The notes: a model not told the origin generated them from the letters alone. 64,000 nt of DNA from a virus (IMGVR_UViG_3300021476_000423:1-64000), one strand, 5' to 3'. Shown: positions 1 through 9,568, counted from the stretch's first letter. Numbers and translations: made by a program.

Positions 1-220
1 ATACTTGACCCTCATATTAAGCATGGTGAACATTCTAGCACCATCGTCGTGAATCCCAATCTTCCAAACACGGAATTTCTTGTAACTTTTGCTCATGAAA
101 TCCTTCACTACAAAGGACTGCCCCATAACTGCGATACTGTCGATATGTATTTCAATTCTAAAAGTCTGAAGGGAGACCTTCTAAGCAAAACACTGGCGGC
201 AATGTTGGCGGTGTCTACAA

Positions 221-463
221 TTGAATCTCGCAAATCAAAAAGAACTCAATGAGGCTGTTTACAACGACTATCAGATAGCCACTGAACGTCTGCGCTTTCG
301 ACGCAGAGAACTCATTGCTAAAGGACTAATAGAAGACACAATAGAAGTTGTTCGTCGGGGTTATCGACCTGATGATTCGATACATTTCACAACTACTTTG
401 AACACTTCCATTTTGGCCGACAGAGATAACAATACCATTACTTGGAGTTACACTTGGACTTGA
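221..463 (+). CDS. Small hypothetical protein with N-terminal LANQ tag
   Basis: Begins MNLANQKELNEA (TTG start), matching the motif shared by many small ORFs in this window. Confidence 0.7.
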   Translation: MNLANQKELNEAVYNDYQIATERLRFRRRELIAKGLIEDTIEVVRRGYRPDDSIHFTTTLNTSILADRDNNTITWSYTWT

Positions 464-717
464 TAAACGGCGTTAGTTAAATATCTCTTCAACCATAATG
501 CGTGTATGGTTGAGAGCAAGGACGACCTGAAGAAACTTCACGAGCACAACGAAATCGAACTTGAGTGGAGCCGACACGATTCAGAATTCAAAAGAGCCAA
601 AGAGATTGACCCCAATCTTACGGTGGTCAGATGCTCTTGTGCCGAGTGTCCTCATGCAACAGCCTATCAATGCGAGAAACAGGGATGTATTTGTTGCTCA
701 TCTCACGGCGTTTGGGA

Positions 718-1236
718 TTAGACATTCAATTGTTTGTGGTTGGCCAAAACTTTGATAGGAAGCCCTCTTTCGTCGGTTTCCTCTTCGTCATCTTCTCTAT
801 CATCATTGAAAGTCGTGGCTAACATTATTCCGAATGACCATTCCTCATCTACAAACTCACAGGTGAGTCTACCTTTCATGACATTTCCTTTTCCGTAGGT
901 TTCGCCGCCCACAACCGCACACGCTTGCTCCCAAACTTCATTGACCATCTCTGTGTAAGTATCAACAATCTCCTTAACGGAGGGAACAGAGTTTTCGCCC
1001 CAAGTCCAATGATAGGTATCGAAAAGCAATTTTGCCTTCATTGCCGCATTTTGGATGGCGTTTTGCATATCCTTAGAAATGTCCATATCTGGCATAACAG
1101 CATTCTTTGTGCTACTTAAGTTTTCTACGTCTTTCGTATTCTTCCCAATTAGCCGTCGCTTTAGCCCATTTACACTTCGAACAAAGGTTGACCAAACGTT
1201 TGGAAGGAAACCTTTCGCCACAGTTAACGCATTCAA
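718..1236 (-). CDS. Hypothetical protein with C-terminal LAN-like motif
   Basis: 172-aa ORF directly downstream of the DUF559 gene. Acidic tail ends IKVLANHKQLNV. Start codon uncertain. Confidence 0.6.
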   Translation of the reverse strand: MNALTVAKGFLPNVWSTFVRSVNGLKRRLIGKNTKDVENLSSTKNAVMPDMDISKDMQNAIQNAAMKAKLLFDTYHWTWGENSVPSVKEIVDTYTEMVNEVWEQACAVVGGETYGKGNVMKGRLTCEFVDEEWSFGIMLATTFNDDREDDEEETDERGLPIKVLANHKQLNV

Positions 1237-1238
1237 GA

Positions 1239-1577
1239 CTAAGCAAGTTTAACACCCCCTTCCACATAAGCCTTTAGATTAGAGAGGAATTGTTTCCAGT
1301 TGCCCTTATGAACATGAATGACCTTCCATCCCATCAAGGCCAATTCAGCATCACGCTCTTTATCGGCCCGAACTCCTGATGGAGTGAAGTGTTGTGCTCC
1401 ATCATACTCGATAGCCACTTTAAGCCTTACTATTGCGATGTCTGCCCAACGCTTCTTTCTGAAGCCACGGATTGGAATCTTAAAATTCAGTTGAGCATCT
1501 GGATAACCGCCTAATCTGACGGCATGGATTAATCGATTCTGTTGGATTGAGGTAGGCGGTCTCCATCTTCTTCCCAT
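1239..1577 (-). CDS. DUF559/Vsr-like PD-(D/E)XK endonuclease
   Basis: Pattern ADIA...VAIEYDGAQHF...DKERDAELALMGWKVIHV is typical of DUF559. Confidence 0.8.
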   Translation of the reverse strand: MGRRWRPPTSIQQNRLIHAVRLGGYPDAQLNFKIPIRGFRKKRWADIAIVRLKVAIEYDGAQHFTPSGVRADKERDAELALMGWKVIHVHKGNWKQFLSNLKAYVEGGVKLA

Positions 1578-1613
1578 AATGCTTAAGTAGCGAGACCACC
1601 TTATAAAGCCAGT
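1578..1613. promoter_or_regulatory. Overlapping divergent archaeal TATA promoters for leaderless genes
   Basis: CTTAAGTA (+) lies about 30 nt before ATG 1614 and CTTTATAAG (-) about 30 nt before ATG 1577. The same TTWAWW box 25-30 nt before ATG recurs before many genes (e.g. 506, 1945, 2348, 4412, 4808, 8706, 45486, 49822, 58103). Confidence 0.65.
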
Positions 1614-1910
1614 ATGCCTATCGTGCGTATTCCTACGCCCTTTCCTGTGAAACCAAAGGAAGAGCAGAAGTTGGCTAATCGGGATAAATTGGAAGCCGCT
1701 AGAAAGGAAAACTCAGAAGAGAATAAATCTATGTTGGGTTGCCCTTATAATGAGTTGCATCCTGATGGTTCTATTGCGACTTGCAAACTTCTTTTCGGTC
1801 ATACAGGAAATCATGAACTTGTTGAAACCGTTGCCGTTGGTGCTACTGGAACTGGACAAGTCACCTACTCATTTACCTTTCGAGTCGGCCCCGGCACTAT
1901 CGGGCTGTAG
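1614..1910 (+). CDS. Hypothetical protein with internal LAN motif and Cys/His cluster
   Basis: Contains QKLANRDKLEAARK and CPY...C...H..H. Confidence 0.6.
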   Translation: MPIVRIPTPFPVKPKEEQKLANRDKLEAARKENSEENKSMLGCPYNELHPDGSIATCKLLFGHTGNHELVETVAVGATGTGQVTYSFTFRVGPGTIGL

Positions 1911-1944
1911 CATTTAAATAGAGGAGCAACCTACCATATCCTGT

Positions 1945-2295
1945 ATGTCTTCAAGTCCTGAAGCGGCGGTCGAAATCCTGAATAATGCGACTCCCACTAC
2001 TGGAAGTTACTCTGGCAATCCAGTCCTTGTTCCCGGCTCCAATCATGTCGAAATCTTTGTAGTTGTGACTGCCGGAGCAGGAACCTTCACACTTTCTGTC
2101 CAACCTATTGAAAATGTAAGCGGAACAGCAGTAGGCAGTCCTTACACTACTGCGGCTCTGACTGCGGGCGGAACAGGAGTAATCCTACTGGATTACGAAG
2201 GGACAAACAAAACTATCGGAGATTCGCTGAAAGTCTCATGGACAGTTGTTGGAGTCGTTTCCGGAGTCTACGTTAGACTCATGAAAAAGAAGTAG
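1945..2295 (+). CDS. Small beta-rich putative virion protein
   Basis: G/T/V/S-rich alternating beta-strand pattern and its own TATA promoter. Confidence 0.5.
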   Translation: MSSSPEAAVEILNNATPTTGSYSGNPVLVPGSNHVEIFVVVTAGAGTFTLSVQPIENVSGTAVGSPYTTAALTAGGTGVILLDYEGTNKTIGDSLKVSWTVVGVVSGVYVRLMKKK

Positions 2296-2347
2296 TTGAC
2301 TTACGAATAGACTTAATAGGCCGAAGACAATCTAATATCACTTAGAT

Positions 2348-3742
2348 ATGGTAACAATAAGCACTGTCGATTCAATCAATGAACCAAATGTTGATGTAGG
2401 AGGGTCTTTCCAACACAAGGTATGGTTTGCTAACAATCTCTATTGGGTCATCTATGCTGATGGTGCGTTAGACAATAATATGCTCTATCGAACCAGTTCA
2501 GATGGTTCTACTTGGAGTTCTTCATCGGTCTTTTGCCCAAATTCTGAAGCAGATTGGCTCGACACATGGTTGATTGGCACAACCCTCTATTATGTTCGAG
2601 TGGTCAATTCGAGTTCGTCTCGTAATTTGAATTACCGCATTGGCACATTGAACTCAAACGGAACTATTACTTGGTCTGGTGCAGAACAGACTTTCCAAAT
2701 AGAATCTGGTCGTCTTCCTTGGGGGCCGACAATCTACGCCACTTCACCATCAGATATTTGGGTCGCAGTAAGCACAGCCATTCCCGGCGTTTCTCCACCT
2801 CAATATGAGGAATTTTGGCATTACAATGGAGTGAGTTGGAGCAATGTTTACGAATATTTGAATCCTGTCATTATTGCTCTTTGTGGCGTAGTTCGGTCAA
2901 CAGCCGATGGTGTTGTCGCAATTTTTGGAGATTCTGATGGAAGGAACGATGAACCATTACATTTTTCTCAATCCAGTGATGGTGGGAATACATGGTCTTC
3001 TATAGTCAACACTGTCTCCAACTCAAATGCGGGTTTCGCTTCATATGTCTCATATGGGCATATAGTCTACATCGCTTTCTTGACAGGAGCAGGCGGTCTC
3101 AATTTTGTAACCTATGATTCAAGCACACAAACACTGAGTTCAGAAATTGTTCTCCATACTGCCACAGGTGACAATTGGACTCCCACTTTAACCATAGGGT
3201 CAGATGGTGGTCTTTTGTTAGTCTATCATCCCGGCGGTCACATCTCGACTAACCATACCGTCTACTATAGAAGTAGTGTTAATGGTGGCCAATCATGGTC
3301 AATTGAAACACCTGTTTCAACTTCAGAACCATATCTAATTGATAATTCATTGTCGGCATCTTATTCTGCTAACTCTGGCGCAAATACAGGAGTCACTTGG
3401 ATAAGAGAACCGAGTGGCCCCGGAACAGCATACGATGTTAGATTTGGTGTTTTGCAGATGCCCGTTGTTCAACTAATTCCACCGAATGCTAACATTGAAG
3501 TTGATTCAATTGGTCAACTCATCTCATCAGATGGCTTAGTAACGATTTGGCCGTGGCCACCTAAACAGACCGTAATTCAGACCAACCAAGGAACTAAGAT
3601 AACTTACGATAGAAGCAACGGAACTTCTTCAACAACAACTGACAAACAATGGGGAAAAGCCGCGAATCCTACCGCCGTCTTGCAAGGCGATTCGTCGGGA
3701 ACAATCTGGTTAGGAAGCGATACCACTGAAGAGGAAGTCTAA
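2348..3742 (+). CDS. BNR/Asp-box beta-propeller protein (putative adhesin or receptor-binding protein)
   Basis: Asp-boxes SSDGSTWS, SSDGGNTWS and SVNGGQSWS. Paralogous to the propeller domains of 56616..58103 and 58150..60105. Confidence 0.7.
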   Translation: MVTISTVDSINEPNVDVGGSFQHKVWFANNLYWVIYADGALDNNMLYRTSSDGSTWSSSSVFCPNSEADWLDTWLIGTTLYYVRVVNSSSSRNLNYRIGTLNSNGTITWSGAEQTFQIESGRLPWGPTIYATSPSDIWVAVSTAIPGVSPPQYEEFWHYNGVSWSNVYEYLNPVIIALCGVVRSTADGVVAIFGDSDGRNDEPLHFSQSSDGGNTWSSIVNTVSNSNAGFASYVSYGHIVYIAFLTGAGGLNFVTYDSSTQTLSSEIVLHTATGDNWTPTLTIGSDGGLLLVYHPGGHISTNHTVYYRSSVNGGQSWSIETPVSTSEPYLIDNSLSASYSANSGANTGVTWIREPSGPGTAYDVRFGVLQMPVVQLIPPNANIEVDSIGQLISSDGLVTIWPWPPKQTVIQTNQGTKITYDRSNGTSSTTTDKQWGKAANPTAVLQGDSSGTIWLGSDTTEEEV

Positions 3743-4016
3743 TCGAAGGCTTGTGAATCGCTCACATCTGCAATCCCTATCCTCTTAGCCACCATCTTTC
3801 CAATGGTATTGGGATTGCTGGAATACAACTCTTCTGGTGTGTAGACAGAAAGAGCCGCCCCCTTGTGTGCAATGTGGGCTATTCCTTTGGTGAGAGTGAT
3901 GATACTCATCGAACCAGTGTGCTCCCACCATCCGATGATGCCGCCTCTTTCCAAGTCCTTTCTGCGTTCCCATTTACCCGAAGGCAGTGGGCCATATCTT
4001 GTCTCTGGAAATGCCA

Positions 4017-4412
4017 TTACTCACCCCCATGCTGTTGGGGTATTTGAAGATTCCTAATCCAATAGTCAGGATGGGTTTCCTTGATATGAAGCGGTTCCCA
4101 CGCCTTTATCTCATTTTCGGTTCCTGTGAATTCAACTCCGCATAACTGACATACAGAGGTATCATAGGATTTCCTTTCGGGTGGCCCCTGATGACCAGAG
4201 AGATTCAAAATTCGAGTAATCTTGGTGGCTATTTCAAGAGCACTGGTGACATCTTCTTGAACTCCTGCACCCTGAAGATAGGGTGCAAGGTCAGAAAGAA
4301 TGTCCATCAGACGTTCTCCTTGGTCAGTGGAAAGGTCGTCATGAGTGAGAAAGGAAGTGTCGATTTCATCTACTTCCTTTGCAAGAGCATTGAAATCAAC
4401 TGCCATATCCAC
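4017..4412 (-). CDS. Hypothetical protein with C2H2-like zinc finger
   Basis: CQLCG...HIKETH near the C-terminus. TATA box upstream. Confidence 0.55.
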   Translation of the reverse strand: MDMAVDFNALAKEVDEIDTSFLTHDDLSTDQGERLMDILSDLAPYLQGAGVQEDVTSALEIATKITRILNLSGHQGPPERKSYDTSVCQLCGVEFTGTENEIKAWEPLHIKETHPDYWIRNLQIPQQHGGE

Positions 4413-4451
4413 TAGGGGGCATGGCCAACTACTTAAAGATTGGTAGTTAGT

Positions 4452-4808
4452 CTAAGGCCCAATCAGGACGACGACACCACTAGCCCCCGACATATGGGTA
4501 TCTCCCATATTGATTTTACTCACGAACAGATTTGCACCTGCTGTGAAGGTGAGTCCTGTGGTGTTGCCAACTACTGCTGGCACATCAAGGAATCCAAAGG
4601 GGAAGAAGATATCTTGCCCTGTGTCTTTCCAAGCCACTAGGTCTATTACGACTACTTTATATCCCACACCAACCTCTGATTGGTAGAGAACCAAACTTCC
4701 GCTTACGCTAGGAGTTGGTCTCACTGATGGAGGACTCTTTGAGTCGTAGGCTCCCGATGACCCGACGACGGTTCCTGACTGAACACTTTTGATGAGTGTA
4801 GCAGACAT
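4452..4808 (-). CDS. Small beta-rich putative virion protein
   Basis: S/G/V-rich beta composition and its own TATA box. Confidence 0.45.
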   Translation of the reverse strand: MSATLIKSVQSGTVVGSSGAYDSKSPPSVRPTPSVSGSLVLYQSEVGVGYKVVVIDLVAWKDTGQDIFFPFGFLDVPAVVGNTTGLTFTAGANLFVSKINMGDTHMSGASGVVVLIGP

Positions 4809-4841
4809 ACCCTATCTATGGATGAGGGACTATTTAAGCAC

Positions 4842-5444
4842 TTAGGAGTTTATAGTGGTCTCAATCTGAGAGACGGACTTTAGGTAGTTATCCATCTTTT
4901 GGAGAGTGGGTTGATTCTTCGTCTTCTCGGCTTGAACTCTGACCATCATCACTAGAGTCTTTGCCGCACTCACCTGTTGTGCCGCCCCTACCTTATCTCC
5001 ATTGCCGAGAGCACTGATGGCGGCTTCGATGTAATGTTCGATGAGAGCATTGCCACCGGGCACATTAGCCAATTTCGGAAGACGATACTTTGGGTCATCT
5101 TCTCTGGCAACGCCGGGACTATCATCCAAAAGAGTGGCTTCATGTCTACGTTCTCCTGTCGTTGGTGAAGGATTCCAATCAGAAGAACCATTTGGAGACT
5201 TGGCCGCTAGTTGAGCCATACGTTTGGGGTCAGCAATGAATGGTATTTCATCGATAGTATCGATTTCATTTCCGCCCATCATTGGTGATGGATTGGAATC
5301 AACATGACCCCCTTCTCCTACTCGTGGTTGTCTTCGTCTTGGTAGTTCTTCAGATTGAGGAATCTCTTCGGCCTCTTGCACTCGATGTTCTTCGTCACCC
5401 GTCCCATAATATTCCGGCTCTCCATACATACTCATGAATCTCAA
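4842..5444 (-). CDS. Acidic hypothetical protein
   Basis: 200-aa ORF with acidic low-complexity N-half, helical C-half and TATA box upstream. Confidence 0.55.
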   Translation of the reverse strand: MRFMSMYGEPEYYGTGDEEHRVQEAEEIPQSEELPRRRQPRVGEGGHVDSNPSPMMGGNEIDTIDEIPFIADPKRMAQLAAKSPNGSSDWNPSPTTGERRHEATLLDDSPGVAREDDPKYRLPKLANVPGGNALIEHYIEAAISALGNGDKVGAAQQVSAAKTLVMMVRVQAEKTKNQPTLQKMDNYLKSVSQIETTINS

Positions 5445-5689
5445 ACAAAGTTCTCTGGAAAGAGGCTTATAAGGGTTCTAGTGAGATAGAGACTAAATAC
5501 GCCCCAAAGCACCAGAAACTCGGTCTCCTGTCCAAAGAAGAATGGTATGGCCACTAGAATAGCCAGCGTTGACTTCTTCAAGTTTTCATCCATAAAGGTA
5601 GAGGCCAGAATCCCATAAAGATTGGCGGGTCATGGCATTCGCAGTCGCAATCATAGGGCCGCGAACATTTATCATGTCTGTTCTCCTTT

Positions 5690-5881
5690 TCACTGCACTC
5701 GATTGTTTTCATGTTCGAACACTATATCATGGGTTGGATAGGAGGTTGCGTGTTGCAACCAAACCTCTTTCGCAAGAGCAGAAGATATAAAAACAGACTC
5801 GTAATCGCAGGTCTTACACTTGACTTTCCGGTTCCCCTCTCCTCTCGCTATTGTCAGTTTGTCGGTGTTGGCCAAGTTCAT
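5690..5881 (-). CDS. LANQ-tagged small Zn-binding protein
   Basis: Begins MNLANTDKLTIARG. Contains CKTC...H...H. Confidence 0.7.
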   Translation of the reverse strand: MNLANTDKLTIARGEGNRKVKCKTCDYESVFISSALAKEVWLQHATSYPTHDIVFEHENNRVQ

Positions 5882-6053
5882 TCTTGATGTCGTCTACCAG
5901 TCTAGGGTAGAATCGCCTAATAAATACTTCGTAGATTTCCCTCTCTTCAGGATTGAGGGTTCTCATGTAATCCCGTAGATGCTTGATTTCCTCTTCCCCC
6001 TTTCTCTCATCGTCAAGGTCTTCTTGATTGGCCAGTTTTATCCTATTGCTCAT
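5814..6053 (-). CDS. LANQ-tagged small protein
   Basis: Begins MSNRIKLANQEDLD. Confidence 0.65.
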   Translation of the reverse strand: MSNRIKLANQEDLDDERKGEEEIKHLRDYMRTLNPEEREIYEVFIRRFYPRLVDDIKNELGQHRQTDNSERRGEPESQV

Positions 6054-6591
6054 TGTCTACAATACTGAGTATGAAGCCGTCTCTAAAGAATCTTGCTATC
6101 CGTGTCTTCAGAGAATTGGGATTCTCCTTCTCTGACCATGCTTGGATGTAATTGAATTGGTCGGTATATTTTTGGATGAGAGCGACTATCCAAGCATCTT
6201 CAATATCACCACCATCGGTAAGCACAACCAAATTTTCACAATTGTTCTTCGTAGCATGAGTGGTGTAATTGAAGGAACCTGTCGCTAAAACTATCTCATC
6301 AACTATCGAAAACTTGTTGTGCATGATACCATCGGGTGGATGGAAAACTTGGACGTTCATTCCCGTCTTTACCAATGTATCATGAACTATGGCTTGATTA
6401 CCGAAAGTCTCAGACTTATCCATGATGACTTGCACTTTCACTCCGCGATTTTGAGCACTGATAAGAGCATTGGCAATGTCCATATCATTGAAGCCATAGA
6501 TAGCCACATTGATAGAGTCTTTGGCCAAGGCAAACAGATTAATGAGGGCTTCCTTGGCTCCACCGTTTGGTGAGAAGTAGACAAAACTCAT
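6043..6591 (-). CDS. Phospholipase D-family (Nuc-like) nuclease
   Basis: Single HKD motif HNKFSIVD followed by GSFNYT and NCEN. N-terminus has YFSPNGG...SINVAIYGF. Confidence 0.9.
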   Translation of the reverse strand: MSFVYFSPNGGAKEALINLFALAKDSINVAIYGFNDMDIANALISAQNRGVKVQVIMDKSETFGNQAIVHDTLVKTGMNVQVFHPPDGIMHNKFSIVDEIVLATGSFNYTTHATKNNCENLVVLTDGGDIEDAWIVALIQKYTDQFNYIQAWSEKENPNSLKTRIARFFRDGFILSIVDNEQ

Positions 6592-6869
6592 GGTTGTTCT
6601 AACCTTGTTGGTCGTTTCCAGCAGGTTCCGTCTTCAGCCACCCTGTATTGCATTGTTATAGTGCAAGATTGCCCACGAGTGAGAGATACCAAACCTTCGA
6701 CTGATAAAGTCCCAACCTCACTAATCACGACAGGGCCATTGCCAAAATCAAGTGCTTCCCATGCCTCTCCATCAATATTGACAAGAGTGCCAAAGCCAAC
6801 ATCGCTTAGTTGAACAGAGGCGCTTTTCTTCTTTGCTTTGGCGAGTTGATTCTGGTTTGCTAACTTCAT
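6588..6869 (-). CDS. LANQ-tagged small protein
   Basis: Begins MKLANQNQLAKA. ATGA overlaps with both neighbours. Confidence 0.7.
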   Translation of the reverse strand: MKLANQNQLAKAKKKSASVQLSDVGFGTLVNIDGEAWEALDFGNGPVVISEVGTLSVEGLVSLTRGQSCTITMQYRVAEDGTCWKRPTRLEQP

Positions 6870-7168
6870 GATTGGTCTCTCCTCTTAAGAGTGATTCCAG
6901 TATACCAAGGCACTTGAGCACCTTCAGCAACTAGCGGCAGAAAAGGACTTTCAACAAGGAACTCATACCTATCCATCTCCATATGGTAGCGAAGAGAAAG
7001 CACTTCGGACTCGGCAGGAATACCACTATCTATCTGATAGTTAGAATCAAAGAGTAGGGGTAATGCTTCTCGTGTAACATAGATGAATGCTTTTCCCTTT
7101 TTGCCATTAGGATGGCGAATAGGTAAGGCTCTTGCTATTTCTAGTTGTGAGGCATTAGCGAGACTCAT
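6866..7168 (-). CDS. LANQ-tagged small protein
   Basis: Begins MSLANASQLEIARA. Confidence 0.7.
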   Translation of the reverse strand: MSLANASQLEIARALPIRHPNGKKGKAFIYVTREALPLLFDSNYQIDSGIPAESEVLSLRYHMEMDRYEFLVESPFLPLVAEGAQVPWYTGITLKRRDQS

Positions 7169-7485
7169 GTTCTTTCATCTGTTCCTGTTGTTCCAACATC
7201 TGATGTTGCGCTTGTGACTCTGGTTCTTTCGCCTATCATAGCCACTCTATTCACATCAATGTTGTGGTCTGTTGTATTCAGAAAATTGACGTTTAGTGTT
7301 GCGCCCGGCGGCAAATGAATAATGGGTGTTTGACCGATAATCAATGACTCATCATGATTTGCACTGAATCCTTGTCCATCCCCTTCATAGACAGTATATT
7401 TGATTCCATCTTCATCCTCATTTTTTGCTTTTGAGGAGGGCGGTCTCCTTGCTACTTTAAGTTTCGTATCGTTGGCCAACTTCAT
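7165..7485 (-). CDS. LANQ-tagged small protein, first gene of the operon
   Basis: Begins MKLANDTKLKVARR. CTTTATAT box upstream. Confidence 0.7.
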   Translation of the reverse strand: MKLANDTKLKVARRPPSSKAKNEDEDGIKYTVYEGDGQGFSANHDESLIIGQTPIIHLPPGATLNVNFLNTTDHNIDVNRVAMIGERTRVTSATSDVGTTGTDERT

Positions 7486-7564
7486 GGACTGTTCAACCTC
7501 TGGCTTATCAATTAGACTATATAAAGATTTTATCTAAGAACCCTTGAAAAGTTAGGTGCTTTTG

Positions 7565-7915
7565 TTAACCACGATACACTGTAAGTCCAATTTGGAGGTT
7601 CTGGAAAGAACCACCACCTATCGTTACCTGTATAGACCATACTCCTACTTTATTCACTGTGAACAAACTGTATAGAGTAAATGCTGTCGAGAATGTTGGG
7701 GATGCCAATTTAAGAGTAGTGGTATCGAGCGTAATAACTGGAAGACCATTTGAAACAGTGATGGCAGGAAGTTCTGTTGATACAGTTCCAGTAAAAGACC
7801 CTTTCACCAAAATTTCCATGATGTCTCCTACGTTTAGACTTGGAGTATTGAATGGATTAGAAGTCGAAGTAGTCTTAACGACTATACGTTTGTTCCACGA
7901 TGTAAGAATGCCCAC
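7565..7915 (-). CDS. Small beta-rich putative virion protein
   Basis: T/V/S-rich. MGIL N-terminus like that of the adjacent gene. Confidence 0.5.
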   Translation of the reverse strand: MGILTSWNKRIVVKTTSTSNPFNTPSLNVGDIMEILVKGSFTGTVSTELPAITVSNGLPVITLDTTTLKLASPTFSTAFTLYSLFTVNKVGVWSIQVTIGGGSFQNLQIGLTVYRG

Positions 7916-7931
7916 ATCTCATTCGCCCATC

Positions 7932-8252
7932 CTATGCCTGAAGAGTTCCTGTGCTTGAGACTGTGCTATAGTTCTCAGAACCCGACCCCGCATTGGTGGC
8001 CTTAATTACAAGAGAAATTGAGAATGAGTAAGTTGTTATTGCTTGAGAATTGGCCGCACCCAACGAAATGTCAGCCCCACCATCTACCGAAACCTTCATA
8101 GTAACATCCACACCACCATCGCCAACAAAGGCTAAGACGGCACTTCCCTTACCAGAAATAGTGCGAATGGTGACAGTAGCACTAGCACCTACGCTGGCCG
8201 CATTGTCCGTATTATCGAATGTCTTTAGTCCGACCTTTATCAATATACCCAT
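7932..8252 (-). CDS. Small beta-rich putative virion protein (paralog of 8264..8614)
   Basis: Shares GLKTFDNTD, TISGKGSA, VSVDGGAD, IKATN and SSTG..QA with the neighbour. Confidence 0.65.
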   Translation of the reverse strand: MGILIKVGLKTFDNTDNAASVGASATVTIRTISGKGSAVLAFVGDGGVDVTMKVSVDGGADISLGAANSQAITTYSFSISLVIKATNAGSGSENYSTVSSTGTLQA

Positions 8253-8263
8253 CTCAATATCAC

Positions 8264-8614
8264 CTATGCTTGTGTGACTCCGGTGCTCGAAACAGAACTA
8301 GACATATGCGCTCCCCCTGAATCTGTATTGGTGGCTTTGATAGCCAACGATACATGGAAAGCATAGTCAACATCTATTTCTGTGTCGGCTGTTCCAAAGA
8401 CAACATCTGCTCCTCCATCCACTGAGACCGCCATGTTCACTTGCATATCGCCGTCTCCTGCTGTGGCTAGATGTGCAGACCCCTTACCAGAGATAGTTTG
8501 AATGACCACTGTTGAAGAGGCCAAAATGCTCTGAGATACGTCAGTATTGTCGAAGGTCTTCAGACCCGATGTAGTTGGTATTCCCATGTTGATACCTACC
8601 ATGTTAAGGGACAT
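8264..8614 (-). CDS. Small beta-rich putative virion protein (paralog of 7932..8252)
   Basis: Same shared blocks as 7932..8252. Confidence 0.65.
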   Translation of the reverse strand: MSLNMVGINMGIPTTSGLKTFDNTDVSQSILASSTVVIQTISGKGSAHLATAGDGDMQVNMAVSVDGGADVVFGTADTEIDVDYAFHVSLAIKATNTDSGGAHMSSSVSSTGVTQA

Positions 8615-8705
8615 TAGACTATTTAAGGTTTGAATGAATACATAAAGATTTATGGGAAGACCCTATCTAAAGCCTTAAAGACTAGATAGGACTATTTTAC
8701 TCTGT

Positions 8706-9185
8706 ATGTCCTACATTACACTAGGAACAGGAGACAAAGACCAAAATACCAATCTTCAGCCTCTTGGAGCCTATCTTTTGATAGGAAAGAAACGAAGGAC
8801 AAGCCCTAGCATAAATATTAACACACGAGACGGTTTAGTTGGCTTTATTGGCGAAGAGATTACAGATACCAATAACCACTATTCTGACTGCATTCGCCTC
8901 AACAGTGGAACTCGAAAAACCTTTATTTCTTACTCCACTTTGAATCAAGATACAATCCTTCAGTTTATAGGAAGTTTGGACGACCAACAGAACAGCGATG
9001 ATAGCCTAGTGAATGGTTACAAAGTGACTAATGATGATAACGAGCCAACCAACTTAATCATAGAGGCCAATTCCAAGTGGAAGTTAGTTGGAACTCTCAC
9101 AGACCTTCATGGCTTTATACAAGCGATTACTCAGTGTCCTTTAGCCCCTACTTCTGGGGAGTTAATTCTGTTTGTAGTGGAATAA
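8706..9185 (+). CDS. Hypothetical protein
   Basis: 159-aa ORF with CTTAAAG box about 30 nt before the ATG. Confidence 0.55.
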   Translation: MSYITLGTGDKDQNTNLQPLGAYLLIGKKRRTSPSININTRDGLVGFIGEEITDTNNHYSDCIRLNSGTRKTFISYSTLNQDTILQFIGSLDDQQNSDDSLVNGYKVTNDDNEPTNLIIEANSKWKLVGTLTDLHGFIQAITQCPLAPTSGELILFVVE

Positions 9186-9412
9186 GGAGTGATGATTGTT
9201 GGCACATTGTTCTCTTCTACACTCAAATAGATGGTCAGACCGTTCAAACCAAGCGTAATGAGGGAGTTGGCAATGGTAGCATCCAAACCCGTAGGAACAT
9301 ACTTGCCGACTAGATAAGGCGTAACATAAGCCGATAAAATATTGACTCCTGAAATGACGACAGCGAACACCCATTTCCTGACCTTCAGTTGATAGGTCTT
9401 CTGAAACGACAT
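9131..9412 (-). CDS. Small two-TM membrane protein (holin-like)
   Basis: Two hydrophobic segments after a basic N-terminus. Function is inferred only. Confidence 0.4.
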   Translation of the reverse strand: MSFQKTYQLKVRKWVFAVVISGVNILSAYVTPYLVGKYVPTGLDATIANSLITLGLNGLTIYLSVEENNVPTIITPYSTTNRINSPEVGAKGH

Positions 9413-9463
9413 ACCATTACCCTTCTTTGAGACCCCTAATAAGCATTCTTTAGAAAAATTGAA

Positions 9464-9568
9464 GGTGGCGGCTTATGAGACCGCCGCCCTCTCGTGCCGT
9501 GAGGCCGGAAGGTGCTGGCGCTTGGATGTGGGGTCAATTACAGCGCCACGGTTGAACTCCCACATCTA
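9464..9568. ncRNA. Candidate structured ncRNA with pseudoknot
   Basis: Hairpin GGTGGCGG/CCGCCGCC, hairpin GCC-GTGA-GGC, and crossing helices TGGCGCT/AGCGCCA and GATGTGGG/CCCACATC, all in an intergenic gap. Confidence 0.45.

Noticed and set aside
1-252. HExxH protein fragment (AHEILHYKG) at the left edge
   Set aside because: Probably a real gene truncated by the window edge, but too little sequence to call a function.
9464-9568. HDV-like/theta ribozyme or SRP helix-8 assignment for the structured element
   Set aside because: The P3/L3 and P1.1 consensus residues of HDV-like ribozymes and the AGCAG side of the SRP loop are missing. Kept only as an unclassified ncRNA candidate.
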